The translations under genes were made by a program, and so were the position numbers. Source: Bacteroidales bacterium (lineage in GTDB: Bacteria > Bacteroidota > Bacteroidia > Bacteroidales > UBA1402). Taken from it: DNA of 64,000 nt. The notes under the pieces were generated by a model that searched no databases, had not been told where the DNA came from, and saw only the letters and a program-made list of their open reading frames with translations. Positions within the stretch are counted from its first letter, which is position 1. Each line of letters opens with the position of its first letter. Of the stretch, positions 18,311-27,479 are shown piece by piece. Location of the stretch: assembly GCA_017380635.1 (NCBI GenBank), contig JAFODP010000015.1, positions 80,771 to 144,770 of the forward strand. Reading direction: 5' to 3'.

Positions 18311-18352
18311 AAATAAAAAAGTCGCTATTCTTTCGAGTAGCGACTTTATTTA
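18311..18352. terminator. Bidirectional rho-independent terminator between glmM and rpmA
   Basis: aaagtcgctattc-tttc-gagtagcgacttt, flanked by A and T runs. Confidence 0.75.
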
Positions 18353-18371
18353 TGTTGACAAAGTATCTTGA

Positions 18372-18632
18372 TTAGTCCTGAGCAGGAACTACTGATACAT
18401 AAGAGCGATCGTCTTTCTTACGTCTGAAGGTAACGACGCCGTCTACCAATGCGTAAAGTGTGTGATCTTTACCAAGGCCTACGTTTTCACCGGGATGATG
18501 AACGGTACCACGTTGACGAACCAAAATGTTACCGGCTTTAGCTACTTGGCCACCAAAAACTTTAACACCCAATCTCTTGCTTTCAGATTCACGGCCGTTC
18601 TTAGAACTACCTACACCTTTTTTATGTGCCAT
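18372..18632 (-). CDS. rpmA: 50S ribosomal protein L27
   Basis: [24 protein letters not shown]. Confidence 0.98.
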   Translation of the reverse strand: MAHKKGVGSSKNGRESESKRLGVKVFGGQVAKAGNILVRQRGTVHHPGENVGLGKDHTLYALVDGVVTFRRKKDDRSYVSVVPAQD

Positions 18633-18647
18633 TGTTTTATAATTTAA

Positions 18648-18962
18648 TTAAGCCAATACAATTTCGTTAATTTTAATCTGTGACAGATACTGACGATGAC
18701 CGTTCAATTTTCTGTAACCTTTTCTTCTTTTCTTGTGGAAAACAAGCACCTTGTCGTCTTTCAAGTGAGAAAGAACTTCAGCGGTTACTTTTGCACCTTC
18801 GATACAAGGAGTACCTACGGTAACGTTACCGTCGTTGTCAACCAACAACACTTTGTCAAATTCAACTACAGAACCTTGTTCTGCTTCCAAGCGATGAACA
18901 TACAATTTCAAACCTGCTTCGGCTTTAAACTGTTGTCCCGCAATTTCTACAATTGCATACAT
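18648..18962 (-). CDS. rplU: 50S ribosomal protein L21
   Basis: [13 protein letters not shown]...[15 protein letters not shown]. Confidence 0.98.
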   Translation of the reverse strand: MYAIVEIAGQQFKAEAGLKLYVHRLEAEQGSVVEFDKVLLVDNDGNVTVGTPCIEGAKVTAEVLSHLKDDKVLVFHKKRRKGYRKLNGHRQYLSQIKINEIVLA

Positions 18963-19052
18963 TGTTTTAAAGAACTTATAGAGTTAAGCGGTAAGGTGGG
19001 ATGTTCCAACATTGAACAGTGCCTCTTGACGAACCTTTTCCGAAATGGACTG

Positions 19053-19083
19053 CAAAGGTAATGCAAATTTTTTAATCTGCAAA
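19053..19083 (-). promoter_or_regulatory. Bacteroidota housekeeping promoter of rplU-rpmA
   Basis: Minus-strand TTTG-N19-TACCTTTG, matching the -33/-7 consensus. Confidence 0.75.
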
Positions 19084-19144
19084 GCTTGCGATGAAATTTA
19101 ATCCAGACTTCTTCTGATTGCCTTTTGCAAAGACTTTCAGCGAA

Positions 19145-20083
19145 TTAGAGCGAATGTTCCACCAAGTATTTTTCGGCTTCCAATGCCGCCTTGCAACCCG
19201 ATGCGGCAGCCGTAATCGCCTGACGATAGAGCGGATCGGCAACGTCGCCGGCGGCAAAAATACCGGGCAAGTTGGTGCGAGGTGTGGCGCCTTGGGTGAT
19301 GATGTAGCCTTGTTCGTCGGTATCGATATAGTCGGCAAATACTTTAGAGTGAGGCGTATGACCAATGGCCAAGAAGAATCCATCGATGGCAATGTCCACT
19401 TTTTCTTCGTCGGGTTGGCCGAGTCGTTTCACCAGATGCGCACCTTCCACGCCGTTTTCGCCGAACAAGCCCAAAGTCTGATGTTCGAACAGGATGGTGA
19501 TGTTTTCTGTGTTGAATACGCGTTCCTGCATGATTTTCGAAGCACGCAGTTCGTCGCGACGCACAATCATGTACACTTGTTTGGCCAAGCCTGCCAGGTA
19601 AGAAGCTTCTTCGCAAGCCGTGTCGCCGCCGCCCACAACAGCCACTGTTTTACGACGATAGAAGAATCCATCGCAAGTGGCGCAAGCAGAAACGCCCATG
19701 CCGGCATATTTTTGTTCGTCGGGCAAGCCCAAATATTTGGCGGTAGCACCGGTGGCAATAATCACCGTGTCGGCTTCGATTTCTTTTTCATTGTCAATCC
19801 ACAGACGATAGGGTTGCGCTGAAAAATCTACTTTGGTAACGATGCCTGCGCGCATTTCGCATTGAAAACGAGAAGCTTGTGCGCGCAAATCTTCCATCAG
19901 CTGATTGCCATCCACGCCTTGGGGATAGCCGGGAAAATTCTCGATTTCGGTGGTGGTGATGAGCTGACCGCCCAACTGAATGCCTTCGTACAAAACGGGT
20001 TGCAGATTGGCGCGTCCTGCATAAATGCCGGCAGTGTAACCGGCTGGGCCAGAGCCTATAATAAGGCAACGAATATGTTCCAT
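19145..20083 (-). CDS. trxB: Thioredoxin reductase
   Basis: GSGPAG, CATCDG, GGGDTA and FAAGD...YRQAITAA. Confidence 0.96.
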   Translation of the reverse strand: MEHIRCLIIGSGPAGYTAGIYAGRANLQPVLYEGIQLGGQLITTTEIENFPGYPQGVDGNQLMEDLRAQASRFQCEMRAGIVTKVDFSAQPYRLWIDNEKEIEADTVIIATGATAKYLGLPDEQKYAGMGVSACATCDGFFYRRKTVAVVGGGDTACEEASYLAGLAKQVYMIVRRDELRASKIMQERVFNTENITILFEHQTLGLFGENGVEGAHLVKRLGQPDEEKVDIAIDGFFLAIGHTPHSKVFADYIDTDEQGYIITQGATPRTNLPGIFAAGDVADPLYRQAITAAASGCKAALEAEKYLVEHSL

Positions 20084-20085
20084 AG

Positions 20086-20748
20086 TTAACGTAAATCTAT
20101 AACTTCCACCATCGGATAATCTTTCTGCGGAAACAGAAAACGGCTGTTCGGATGGTTTTGGTTGGTTTGATATTGATAAATGTTGATAATTGCGTGGTTT
20201 CCGTCACGTTGATAAATGACGATTTCTGCGGGATGCAGCTTGTTTTTGTCTACATAAATAACGATGCGCGAAATCTCTGCCGAGGCTTCTAGCACTTTCA
20301 ACTCAATGCCGCTGAGAGATTGTTTGCCGCTTTGTTTGTCGCCAAGTAAACGGCTTTGGTAGCCTTGTTTGTACAAGCTAAAGATATTTACCGGATTGAG
20401 CATCAGCAATTCTTCGGGAGAGGGCGTGCTCAGGTTTACTTCCTGGGCATTGATAATCAGAGTCCAGAGGTCGCGACCATCGAACCAGGCCTTCATTTCG
20501 TCGGGCACTTCCAAATAGAAACGCGAGCCTTGCATGGCGATGCTTCCTTCAATTTCGGTCTGTAAAGACTTGCTGCTGTCGAAAGTGCGGATCTTGAAGG
20601 CGGCGGTGATGCCTTGGCTTTGTTCATAAGCATTGGCGGCCCGATTAAGCAGGTCGATGGCATTCTGTTGCGATTGAGCCGATAAGATATTGCAACTCAG
20701 GCAAAAAACGCAGCATGCGAAAATGATATGTTTGCAAAATCTTATCAT
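20086..20748 (-). CDS. lolA: Outer-membrane lipoprotein carrier LolA-like protein
   Basis: Signal peptide and WFDGRDLW...EVN...NP motif. Located between ftsK and trxB. Confidence 0.8.
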   Translation of the reverse strand: MIRFCKHIIFACCVFCLSCNILSAQSQQNAIDLLNRAANAYEQSQGITAAFKIRTFDSSKSLQTEIEGSIAMQGSRFYLEVPDEMKAWFDGRDLWTLIINAQEVNLSTPSPEELLMLNPVNIFSLYKQGYQSRLLGDKQSGKQSLSGIELKVLEASAEISRIVIYVDKNKLHPAEIVIYQRDGNHAIINIYQYQTNQNHPNSRFLFPQKDYPMVEVIDLR

Positions 20749-23288
20749 AAGCCACTGAGAATTTGATCGAGATGAGCTTCGGTATCAACCAAGACCTGAC
20801 GCGGTTTGCTGCCTTCGGCCGGACCTACAATGCCCGCAGCTTCCAATTGGTCCATGATGCGGCCGGCGCGGTTGTAGCCCAAGCCCAATTTTCTTTGTAA
20901 GTAAGAAGTAGATCCTTGTTGCGTGGTCACCACCATGCGGGCGGCTTGTTCGAAGAAAGAGTCGCGACTGCTCAAATCGGCTTTGCTGCCACCGCTGTCG
21001 GTAGCGCCGTTGTCGGGCGTGTATTCGGGCAATTCGAAAGCGCCGGGATAGCCGCGCTGGTCGCCGATGAAATTCACCACGTCTTCCACTTCGGGCGTAT
21101 CGACAAAAGCACATTGAATACGAGTAAGTTCACTGCCCGACAGATAAAGCGCATCACCTTTACCAATCAGTTGCTGAGCGCCGCTGGCGTCGAGGATGGT
21201 GCGCGAGTCGGTCATTGAAGAAACACGGAACGACAGACGGGCAGGGAAGTTGGCCTTGATGGTACCGGTAATGATATTGGTGGTAGGACGCTGCGTGGCG
21301 ATAACCATGTGCATACCAACGGCACGGGCTTTCTGGGCAATACGGGCGATGGGCATTTCAATTTCTTTGCCGGCAGTCATAATCAAATCGCCAAACTCGT
21401 CGATAATGATAACGATATAAGGCAAGAAGCGATGACCCTTTTCGGGATTCAGCTTGCGCAGTTTGAATTTCTCGTTGTATTCCTTGATGTTGCGGCATTT
21501 GGCCTTGCTCAGCAAATCGTAGCGGTCGTCCATTTCGATGCAGAGCGAGTTGAGCGTGATTTTCACTTTGTCCGATTCGGTGATGATAGCGGGATTGTCG
21601 CCGGGCACCTTGGCCAAATAATGCTTTTCGATGCTCGAATAGATGCTGAATTCCACCATTTTGGGGTCGACCAACACGATTTTCAATTCCGAAGGATGTT
21701 TCTTGTAGAGCAAAGAAGTAATCAAAGCATTCAGTCCCACCGATTTACCTTGACCCGTGGCACCGGCCACCAAGAGGTGCGGCGTTTTGCAAAGGTCGAA
21801 ACAGAACACTTCGTTCATGATGGTCTTGCCAAGTACGATAGGCAAATCGTATTTGCTTTCCTGAAATTTCTTCGACATGATTAAACCCTTCATCGAAACG
21901 ATGCTCGGATCGCGACGCGGCACTTCGATACCGATGGTGCCCTTGCCGGGAATGGGCGCAATGATACGGATACCTAAAGCGGCCAGGCTCAGTGCGATAT
22001 CGTTTTCCAAGTTGCGAATTTTGGCAATACGAACACCGGCTGCAGGCACCACTTCGTACAGCGTTACCGTCGGGCCCACCGTGCCGTGAATACTCTGAAT
22101 GCTGATGCCGAAATTCGACAATACTTCGATGATTTTGTTCTGATTTTCTTTTTGTTCTTCCTGATTGATGACGGGATTGCTATCGCCATAATCTTTCAGC
22201 AGACGCACCGGCGGATTCTTGAAACTGTGCAACTCGGCTTTGGGATCGTATTCGCCCAATTCGGCCAGCGCGTCGTATTCGCCTTTGCTTTGGCTGATGT
22301 GGATGTTTTCTTCTGCTTTATCGGCTTCGTCTTCGGCCTTGGCCACCTCTACACTGATGCTGATATCGGAATTGTCTACCGGAGAAATTTCAATATCATT
22401 TTCGATGAATTCGTCTTCAAGGGGATTTTCCGAGAAGTTTTCGTCTATTTCGCGATCGATGTCTTCGGCGTAGATAATGCCCTCGTTTTCAGTAGGCTCT
22501 TCGTTGATGAAGTAATCTTCTCTGAGATTGTTGTTTTCGTTTTCATCGCTGATGGTTTCCGTTTCGATAGGCTCGTCTTCGATCTTTTCTTCTTCGTCCT
22601 TTTCGTCGGTGATGAATTCCTTTACTTTGCGGGCCTGAGCTTTCGCTTTGTCAGAAAGGTTGAATTGCAAGCTTTTGCGGATAAAAGGAATGGTATTCTG
22701 GATGGCAAAAATCAAGAAAACGAGCATGCTGAAAAACAGTACGATAACCGTTCCGGGAATGCCGATTTTTACATTGAGCCATTGGCTGATATGATAACCA
22801 TGTGCGCCGCCCAAAAACAACAATTGCGGCTGGCCGGCGAAAATGAATCCGAAGAAAATGGATATCCAGATAAATAAGAAAGCGCTGTAAACAAAACCTT
22901 TGCCCAGTTTGGAAACCCTAACGCGCATCAGTCGTAGGCCGGCCAACAGTCCGTAGAATGCCAACAAGAGCGAGGAAACGCCAAACCATTTGTTCATGAT
23001 GATATTCGACAACCAGGCACCGAAGGCACCGTTCCAGTTGTGCACATCGCCTTTGGCAACGCTGCCAAGTTCGGTAAAACGCAGATGACCCACCACGCTT
23101 TGGTCGGCAGCGCCGGTGAAGAAAAATGAAATGAGCAGGATGCACAAATAAAGCATCAGCAGCACCAAGAGTGCGCCGACAATGAAGTATGCTTTTTCGT
23201 TCTGTGCAATATGGACGATGTTATTCCACTGTTCTTTAAGGCTTTGCAAAATATTTGCCTTGTTGTTGGTCTTCTTTTTCTGGGCCAT
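20745..23288 (-). CDS. ftsK: DNA translocase FtsK
   Basis: N-terminal 4TM domain, acidic linker, PHLLVAGATGQGKS, IIIDEF and a gamma domain (LQRKLGLGYNRAGRIMDQLE). Confidence 0.97.
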   Translation of the reverse strand: MAQKKKTNNKANILQSLKEQWNNIVHIAQNEKAYFIVGALLVLLMLYLCILLISFFFTGAADQSVVGHLRFTELGSVAKGDVHNWNGAFGAWLSNIIMNKWFGVSSLLLAFYGLLAGLRLMRVRVSKLGKGFVYSAFLFIWISIFFGFIFAGQPQLLFLGGAHGYHISQWLNVKIGIPGTVIVLFFSMLVFLIFAIQNTIPFIRKSLQFNLSDKAKAQARKVKEFITDEKDEEEKIEDEPIETETISDENENNNLREDYFINEEPTENEGIIYAEDIDREIDENFSENPLEDEFIENDIEISPVDNSDISISVEVAKAEDEADKAEENIHISQSKGEYDALAELGEYDPKAELHSFKNPPVRLLKDYGDSNPVINQEEQKENQNKIIEVLSNFGISIQSIHGTVGPTVTLYEVVPAAGVRIAKIRNLENDIALSLAALGIRIIAPIPGKGTIGIEVPRRDPSIVSMKGLIMSKKFQESKYDLPIVLGKTIMNEVFCFDLCKTPHLLVAGATGQGKSVGLNALITSLLYKKHPSELKIVLVDPKMVEFSIYSSIEKHYLAKVPGDNPAIITESDKVKITLNSLCIEMDDRYDLLSKAKCRNIKEYNEKFKLRKLNPEKGHRFLPYIVIIIDEFGDLIMTAGKEIEMPIARIAQKARAVGMHMVIATQRPTTNIITGTIKANFPARLSFRVSSMTDSRTILDASGAQQLIGKGDALYLSGSELTRIQCAFVDTPEVEDVVNFIGDQRGYPGAFELPEYTPDNGATDSGGSKADLSSRDSFFEQAARMVVTTQQGSTSYLQRKLGLGYNRAGRIMDQLEAAGIVGPAEGSKPRQVLVDTEAHLDQILSGL

Positions 23289-23322
23289 GGTGATGTACTT
23301 TCTTCAGTTTGGATAAAACACA

Positions 23323-23361
23323 CAAAGGTAGTAAATATTTATCAAAAAGGTCTTACCTTTG
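23323..23361. promoter_or_regulatory. Back-to-back divergent -7 promoter boxes (ftsK / exonuclease)
   Basis: TACCTTTG on the minus strand (23323-23330) and on the plus strand (23354-23361). Confidence 0.6.
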
Positions 23362-23379
23362 CATTCCGAAAAAATGATT

Positions 23380-23979
23380 ATGTCAAACTTTGCATCCACC
23401 ATCGATAAAGAGCAGTTGCAAAGCCTGGAGACCGCTGTGTTTCCGGGTAAAATCGTGTTGCTGGATGCCGAGGAAATTTCGCCCGAACTGGAAGAAATTT
23501 TTCGCGCAGAAACACTTTGGGGCTTCGACACCGAATCGAAACCGGTCTTCAAAAAAGGTGCGAAAAATCGTATCGCGCTCATTCAGATGGCTACCAAGGA
23601 TACATGCTATCTGGTGCGTCTGAGTAAGCAATTTCCGCCGGTGCTGACAGAAATTTTCAACAATCCCGAAGTGATGAAAGTGGGATTGTCGTCGAAAGAC
23701 GATTTTCTGCAATTGCGAAGCATCTGCAAAGACTTGAAGCCTCAGAACGTGGTGGAACTTCAGTCGATGGTGAAAAGTTATGGTATTGAGGAACTTAGCT
23801 TGCAAAAAATTTACGCCATTCTTTTCGGACAACGCATTTCCAAAACCCAACGACTTTCCAATTGGCAGGCACCTGAACTTTCCGAAGCTCAACAACAATA
23901 TGCCGCCATGGATGCCTGGTCGGTGCGCGAAATCTATCTAAAATTGCAAGAGTTTACACCTCAAGCAGTTCGCGAATAA
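23380..23979 (+). CDS. 3'-5' exonuclease (DEDDy, RNase D/WRN-like)
   Basis: GFDTESKP, LIQMAT, SNWQ and YAAMDA. The listed TTG start at 23359 overlaps the promoter box, so an ATG at 23374 or 23380 is more likely. Confidence 0.9.
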   Translation: MSNFASTIDKEQLQSLETAVFPGKIVLLDAEEISPELEEIFRAETLWGFDTESKPVFKKGAKNRIALIQMATKDTCYLVRLSKQFPPVLTEIFNNPEVMKVGLSSKDDFLQLRSICKDLKPQNVVELQSMVKSYGIEELSLQKIYAILFGQRISKTQRLSNWQAPELSEAQQQYAAMDAWSVREIYLKLQEFTPQAVRE

Positions 23980-25090
23980 TATTATCCGAAACGAAATAAG
24001 CCGAAGGCGCTATCTGCAGCTGTGTTTCTGTTGAAATTAGCTGTTTTTGCTCGATGAAAAGCGCCGATTCCTGCTGTAATTGTTGCCATTTTTCTTGTCC
24101 GAATCTTGCGATGAGATCATGCTTGGCGATGCCTTCGCGCGTTCGCAGGCGCGTCAGCAAATAATCGTTGTAGTTGTCTTCCGGGCTTAGCATTTCTTCT
24201 TCTCGAACGAAATTACCTTTAATATAAGTGTGCAAATCGGAGGCGTTCCAGCGTCGGCCGATAAGATTGTATGCGTGCGCCGACGGGCCGAGTCCTATAT
24301 AAGGCAAGCCTTTCCAGTAAGAAGAATTGTGTCGTGAACGGCGGCCCGGCAAAGCAAAGTTGGAAATTTCGTAATGTTCGTAACCGGCGGCTTGCAATTG
24401 CTCAGACAAATATTGATACATGTCGGCGGCCGTTTCGTCGTCGCAGGCTTGCCAAAGACCGGCTTCTAAGCTTTTAGCCAAAGGCACTTCGGGCTCCAGT
24501 CCCAGCATATAGGCAGAAATGTGTTCCGCTTTCAGCGCGATGGCTTGACGGATGCTTTCGGCGAAACTTTCCATCGTCTGCAAAGGCAGACCAAACATCA
24601 GATCGATGCTGATATTGTTGAAACCGGCCTTGCGAGCTTCTTTCACTGCCCGAATGGCTGTCTGCGCGTCGTGCCGACGATGGATGAATGTCAATTCCTG
24701 GTTGTTGAAGCTTTGTATCCCGATGCTCAAACGATTGAAGGGCAAGCTTTTTAGGCTTTGTAGATAATCGGCAGATAAGTCGTCGGGGTTGGCTTCAAGC
24801 GTGATTTCTTCCACGCGGCTCAGGTCGTAATGTTGCGCCAGGCAGTCGAAAATCTTTTGAAAATGCTCGGCCGACAACTGACTGGGCGTTCCTCCTCCGA
24901 AATAAATCGTTGCTATATAATATGGTGCGGCAGCGTCCAAATAGTTGCTGCTTTCGGCAATTTCCTGACATAGCGCTGCGATATATGGTGCTATGAGTTG
25001 CTTTTCGGCCCGCGAATAAAAATCGCAATAGGCGCATTTGCGTTGGCAGAAAGGAACATGAATGTACAGGCCGGCCGCTTTTTCTTCCAT
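23954..25090 (-). CDS. hemW: Radical SAM heme chaperone HemW (HemN-like)
   Basis: YIHVPFCQRKCAYCDF, YFGGGTPS, YEISNFA and HNSSYW. Confidence 0.93.
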   Translation of the reverse strand: MEEKAAGLYIHVPFCQRKCAYCDFYSRAEKQLIAPYIAALCQEIAESSNYLDAAAPYYIATIYFGGGTPSQLSAEHFQKIFDCLAQHYDLSRVEEITLEANPDDLSADYLQSLKSLPFNRLSIGIQSFNNQELTFIHRRHDAQTAIRAVKEARKAGFNNISIDLMFGLPLQTMESFAESIRQAIALKAEHISAYMLGLEPEVPLAKSLEAGLWQACDDETAADMYQYLSEQLQAAGYEHYEISNFALPGRRSRHNSSYWKGLPYIGLGPSAHAYNLIGRRWNASDLHTYIKGNFVREEEMLSPEDNYNDYLLTRLRTREGIAKHDLIARFGQEKWQQLQQESALFIEQKQLISTETQLQIAPSAYFVSDNIIRELLEV

Positions 25091-25210
25091 GGGATAAAAT
25101 TAGTTTCGTTGCTGGGATAATTAGCGTGCGAAGTTATTTGTTTATTCGTCAATAATCGTTATCTTGCGCCACTTTTTTACAAAAAACAACTAACAACAAT
25201 AACAACAACT

Positions 25211-27373
25211 ATGAAAACTTATCAAACCGGCGAAATTAGAAACATCGCCATTATCGGTAGTTCCGGCTCTGGAAAAACCACCCTTGCAGAAGCCATGCTT
25301 TTCGAGGGTGGAGTTATTAAACGTCGTGGTTCAGTAGAAGCCAAGAACGCAGTTTGCGATTATTCTCCTGTAGAACAAGAATATGGCTACTCTGTATTTG
25401 CCACTCCTTTCTGTGTTGAATGGAATAACAAGAAACTCAATATTATCGACTGTCCCGGTGCTGACGACTTTGTGGGTGGTGCTGTTACCGCTCTGAACGT
25501 TACCGAGGCAGCCGTTATTTTGGTAAATGGTCAGGCTGGTTTGGATGGCGGTACCATGAACGCTTTCCGTAACACCGAAACTTACCATAAACCCGCTGTA
25601 TTCGGTATCAACCAACTCGACCGTGATAAAGTTGATTTCGAATCGGTTATCGAACAATTGCGCGAAGCTTGCGGCAACAAGGTGGTTAGAGTGCAATATC
25701 CTATCGCTACAGGCGAAGGCTTCAACCAGGTTATCGACGTATTGTTGATGAAGCGTTATACCTGGAAGCCCGAAGGTGGTGTTCCCACTATCGACGATGT
25801 TCCTGAAGATCAAATGGAAAGAGCATTGGAATTGCGTTCTGAATTGGTGGAAGCCGCTGCTGAATGCGACGATGCTATGTTGGAAAAATTCTTCGAAGAA
25901 GGCGATTTGAGCGAAGATGAAATCCGTACCGGTATCCGTCATGGTTTGCTTAACCGTACCATGTTCCCCGTTTTCTGCGTATGCGCACACAAAGACATGG
26001 GTGTTCGTCGTATGATGGAATTCTTGGGTAATGTGGCTCCTTCTCCTCTGGAAGTGAAGCCTTTGGTAAACACCGAAGGTGTAGAAGTACCTTACGATGC
26101 CAAGGCTGCTGCTCCCAGCATTTTCTTCTATAAGACCACTGTTGAACCGCATATCGGTGAAGTAAACTACTTCAAGGTGATTTCCGGTACTTTGCACGAA
26201 GGCGACGACTTGGTAAATGCCGATCGTGGTTCTAAGGAACGCATCGCTCAGATTTTCTCTGCTGCCGGTTCAAGCCGTATCCAAGTGTCTGAACTCGTAG
26301 CCGGCGACTTGGGTGTTACCGTTAAATTGAAAGACGTTAAGACCGGTAATACCTTGAATGGCAAGGGTGCTGACAACAAGTTCAACTTCATCCAATATCC
26401 CGATCCCAAATATCGTCGTTCGGTTAAGCCCGTGAACGAATCGGATATGGAAAAGATGATGGCTATCTTGAACCGTTTGCGTTTGGAAGATCCTACCTAT
26501 ATCATCGAACAATCTCGCGAATTGAAGCAAACCATTTTGCAAGGTCAGGGTGAATTCCACTTGCGTACCTTGAAATGGACGGTTGAACACATGGATAAAT
26601 TGGCTATCGAATTCGAAGAACCCAAGATTCCTTATCGTGAAACCATCACCAAGGCTGCCCGTTCAGATTATCGTCACAAGAAACAATCCGGTGGTTCGGG
26701 TCAGTTTGGTGAAGTTCACCTGATTGTAGAACCTTATACCGAAGGCATGCCATTGCCCGAAACTTTCAAGTTCAATGGTCAGGAATTCAAGATGAACGTG
26801 AAAGGTATGGACGAATTCCCCTTGGAATGGGGCGGTAAGTTGGTATTTATCAATAGTATCGTGGGTGGTGCTATCGATGCTCGCTTTATCCCCGCTATCC
26901 AGAAGGGTATCATGCAACGTATGGAACAAGGTCCTCTTACCGGTTCGTATGCCCGCGATATCCGCGTTATCGTTTACGATGGTAAGATGCACCCGGTAGA
27001 TTCAAACGAAATCTCCTTCATGTTGGCAGGCCGTAATGCCTTCTCACAAGCCTTTAAAGAAGCAGGTCCTAAGGTGCTCGAACCTATCTACGATGTAGAA
27101 GTGTTGGTTCCCGGCGATCGCATGGGTGATGTGATGAGCGATTTGCAAGGTCGTCGTGCCATCATCATGGGTATGGAAAGCGAAAGAGGTATGCAGAAAC
27201 TGGTGGCTAAAGTGCCTTTGAAAGAAATGTCCGACTATTCAACTTCTTTGAGTTCTATCTCTGGTGGTCGTGCTTCTTTCACCATGAAGTTTGCTTCTTA
27301 CGAATTGGTTCCGACCGATGTTCAAAACCAATTGTTGAAAGACTACGAAGCTCAACAACAAGACAAAGACTAA
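25211..27373 (+). CDS. fusA2: Elongation factor G paralog EF-G2
   Basis: GSSGSGKTT, DCPGADDF (the switch II His is absent), KKQSGGSGQFGEV and an insertion in domain IV. Confidence 0.92.
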   Translation: MKTYQTGEIRNIAIIGSSGSGKTTLAEAMLFEGGVIKRRGSVEAKNAVCDYSPVEQEYGYSVFATPFCVEWNNKKLNIIDCPGADDFVGGAVTALNVTEAAVILVNGQAGLDGGTMNAFRNTETYHKPAVFGINQLDRDKVDFESVIEQLREACGNKVVRVQYPIATGEGFNQVIDVLLMKRYTWKPEGGVPTIDDVPEDQMERALELRSELVEAAAECDDAMLEKFFEEGDLSEDEIRTGIRHGLLNRTMFPVFCVCAHKDMGVRRMMEFLGNVAPSPLEVKPLVNTEGVEVPYDAKAAAPSIFFYKTTVEPHIGEVNYFKVISGTLHEGDDLVNADRGSKERIAQIFSAAGSSRIQVSELVAGDLGVTVKLKDVKTGNTLNGKGADNKFNFIQYPDPKYRRSVKPVNESDMEKMMAILNRLRLEDPTYIIEQSRELKQTILQGQGEFHLRTLKWTVEHMDKLAIEFEEPKIPYRETITKAARSDYRHKKQSGGSGQFGEVHLIVEPYTEGMPLPETFKFNGQEFKMNVKGMDEFPLEWGGKLVFINSIVGGAIDARFIPAIQKGIMQRMEQGPLTGSYARDIRVIVYDGKMHPVDSNEISFMLAGRNAFSQAFKEAGPKVLEPIYDVEVLVPGDRMGDVMSDLQGRRAIIMGMESERGMQKLVAKVPLKEMSDYSTSLSSISGGRASFTMKFASYELVPTDVQNQLLKDYEAQQQDKD

Positions 27374-27395
27374 TAGAAATAACTTTATGTCCGAG

Positions 27396-27427
27396 AAAGG
27401 GAGTGTCACTATGGTGCTCCCTTTTTT
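27396..27427 (+). terminator. Rho-independent terminator after fusA2
   Basis: aaagggagtgtcactatggtgctccctttttt. Confidence 0.7.
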
Positions 27428-27479
27428 CGTCCATTATAAACGGAAAAAACTCTCAAGCAACTTTTAAGATTTAAACACT

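Noticed and set aside
23954-23979. Convergent 26-bp overlap of the exonuclease and hemW
   Set aside because: Short tail-to-tail overlaps are common, and there is no further signal.
25185-25210. aacaac/aacaat short repeats before fusA2
   Set aside because: An ordinary A-rich unstructured translation-initiation region, typical of Bacteroidota.
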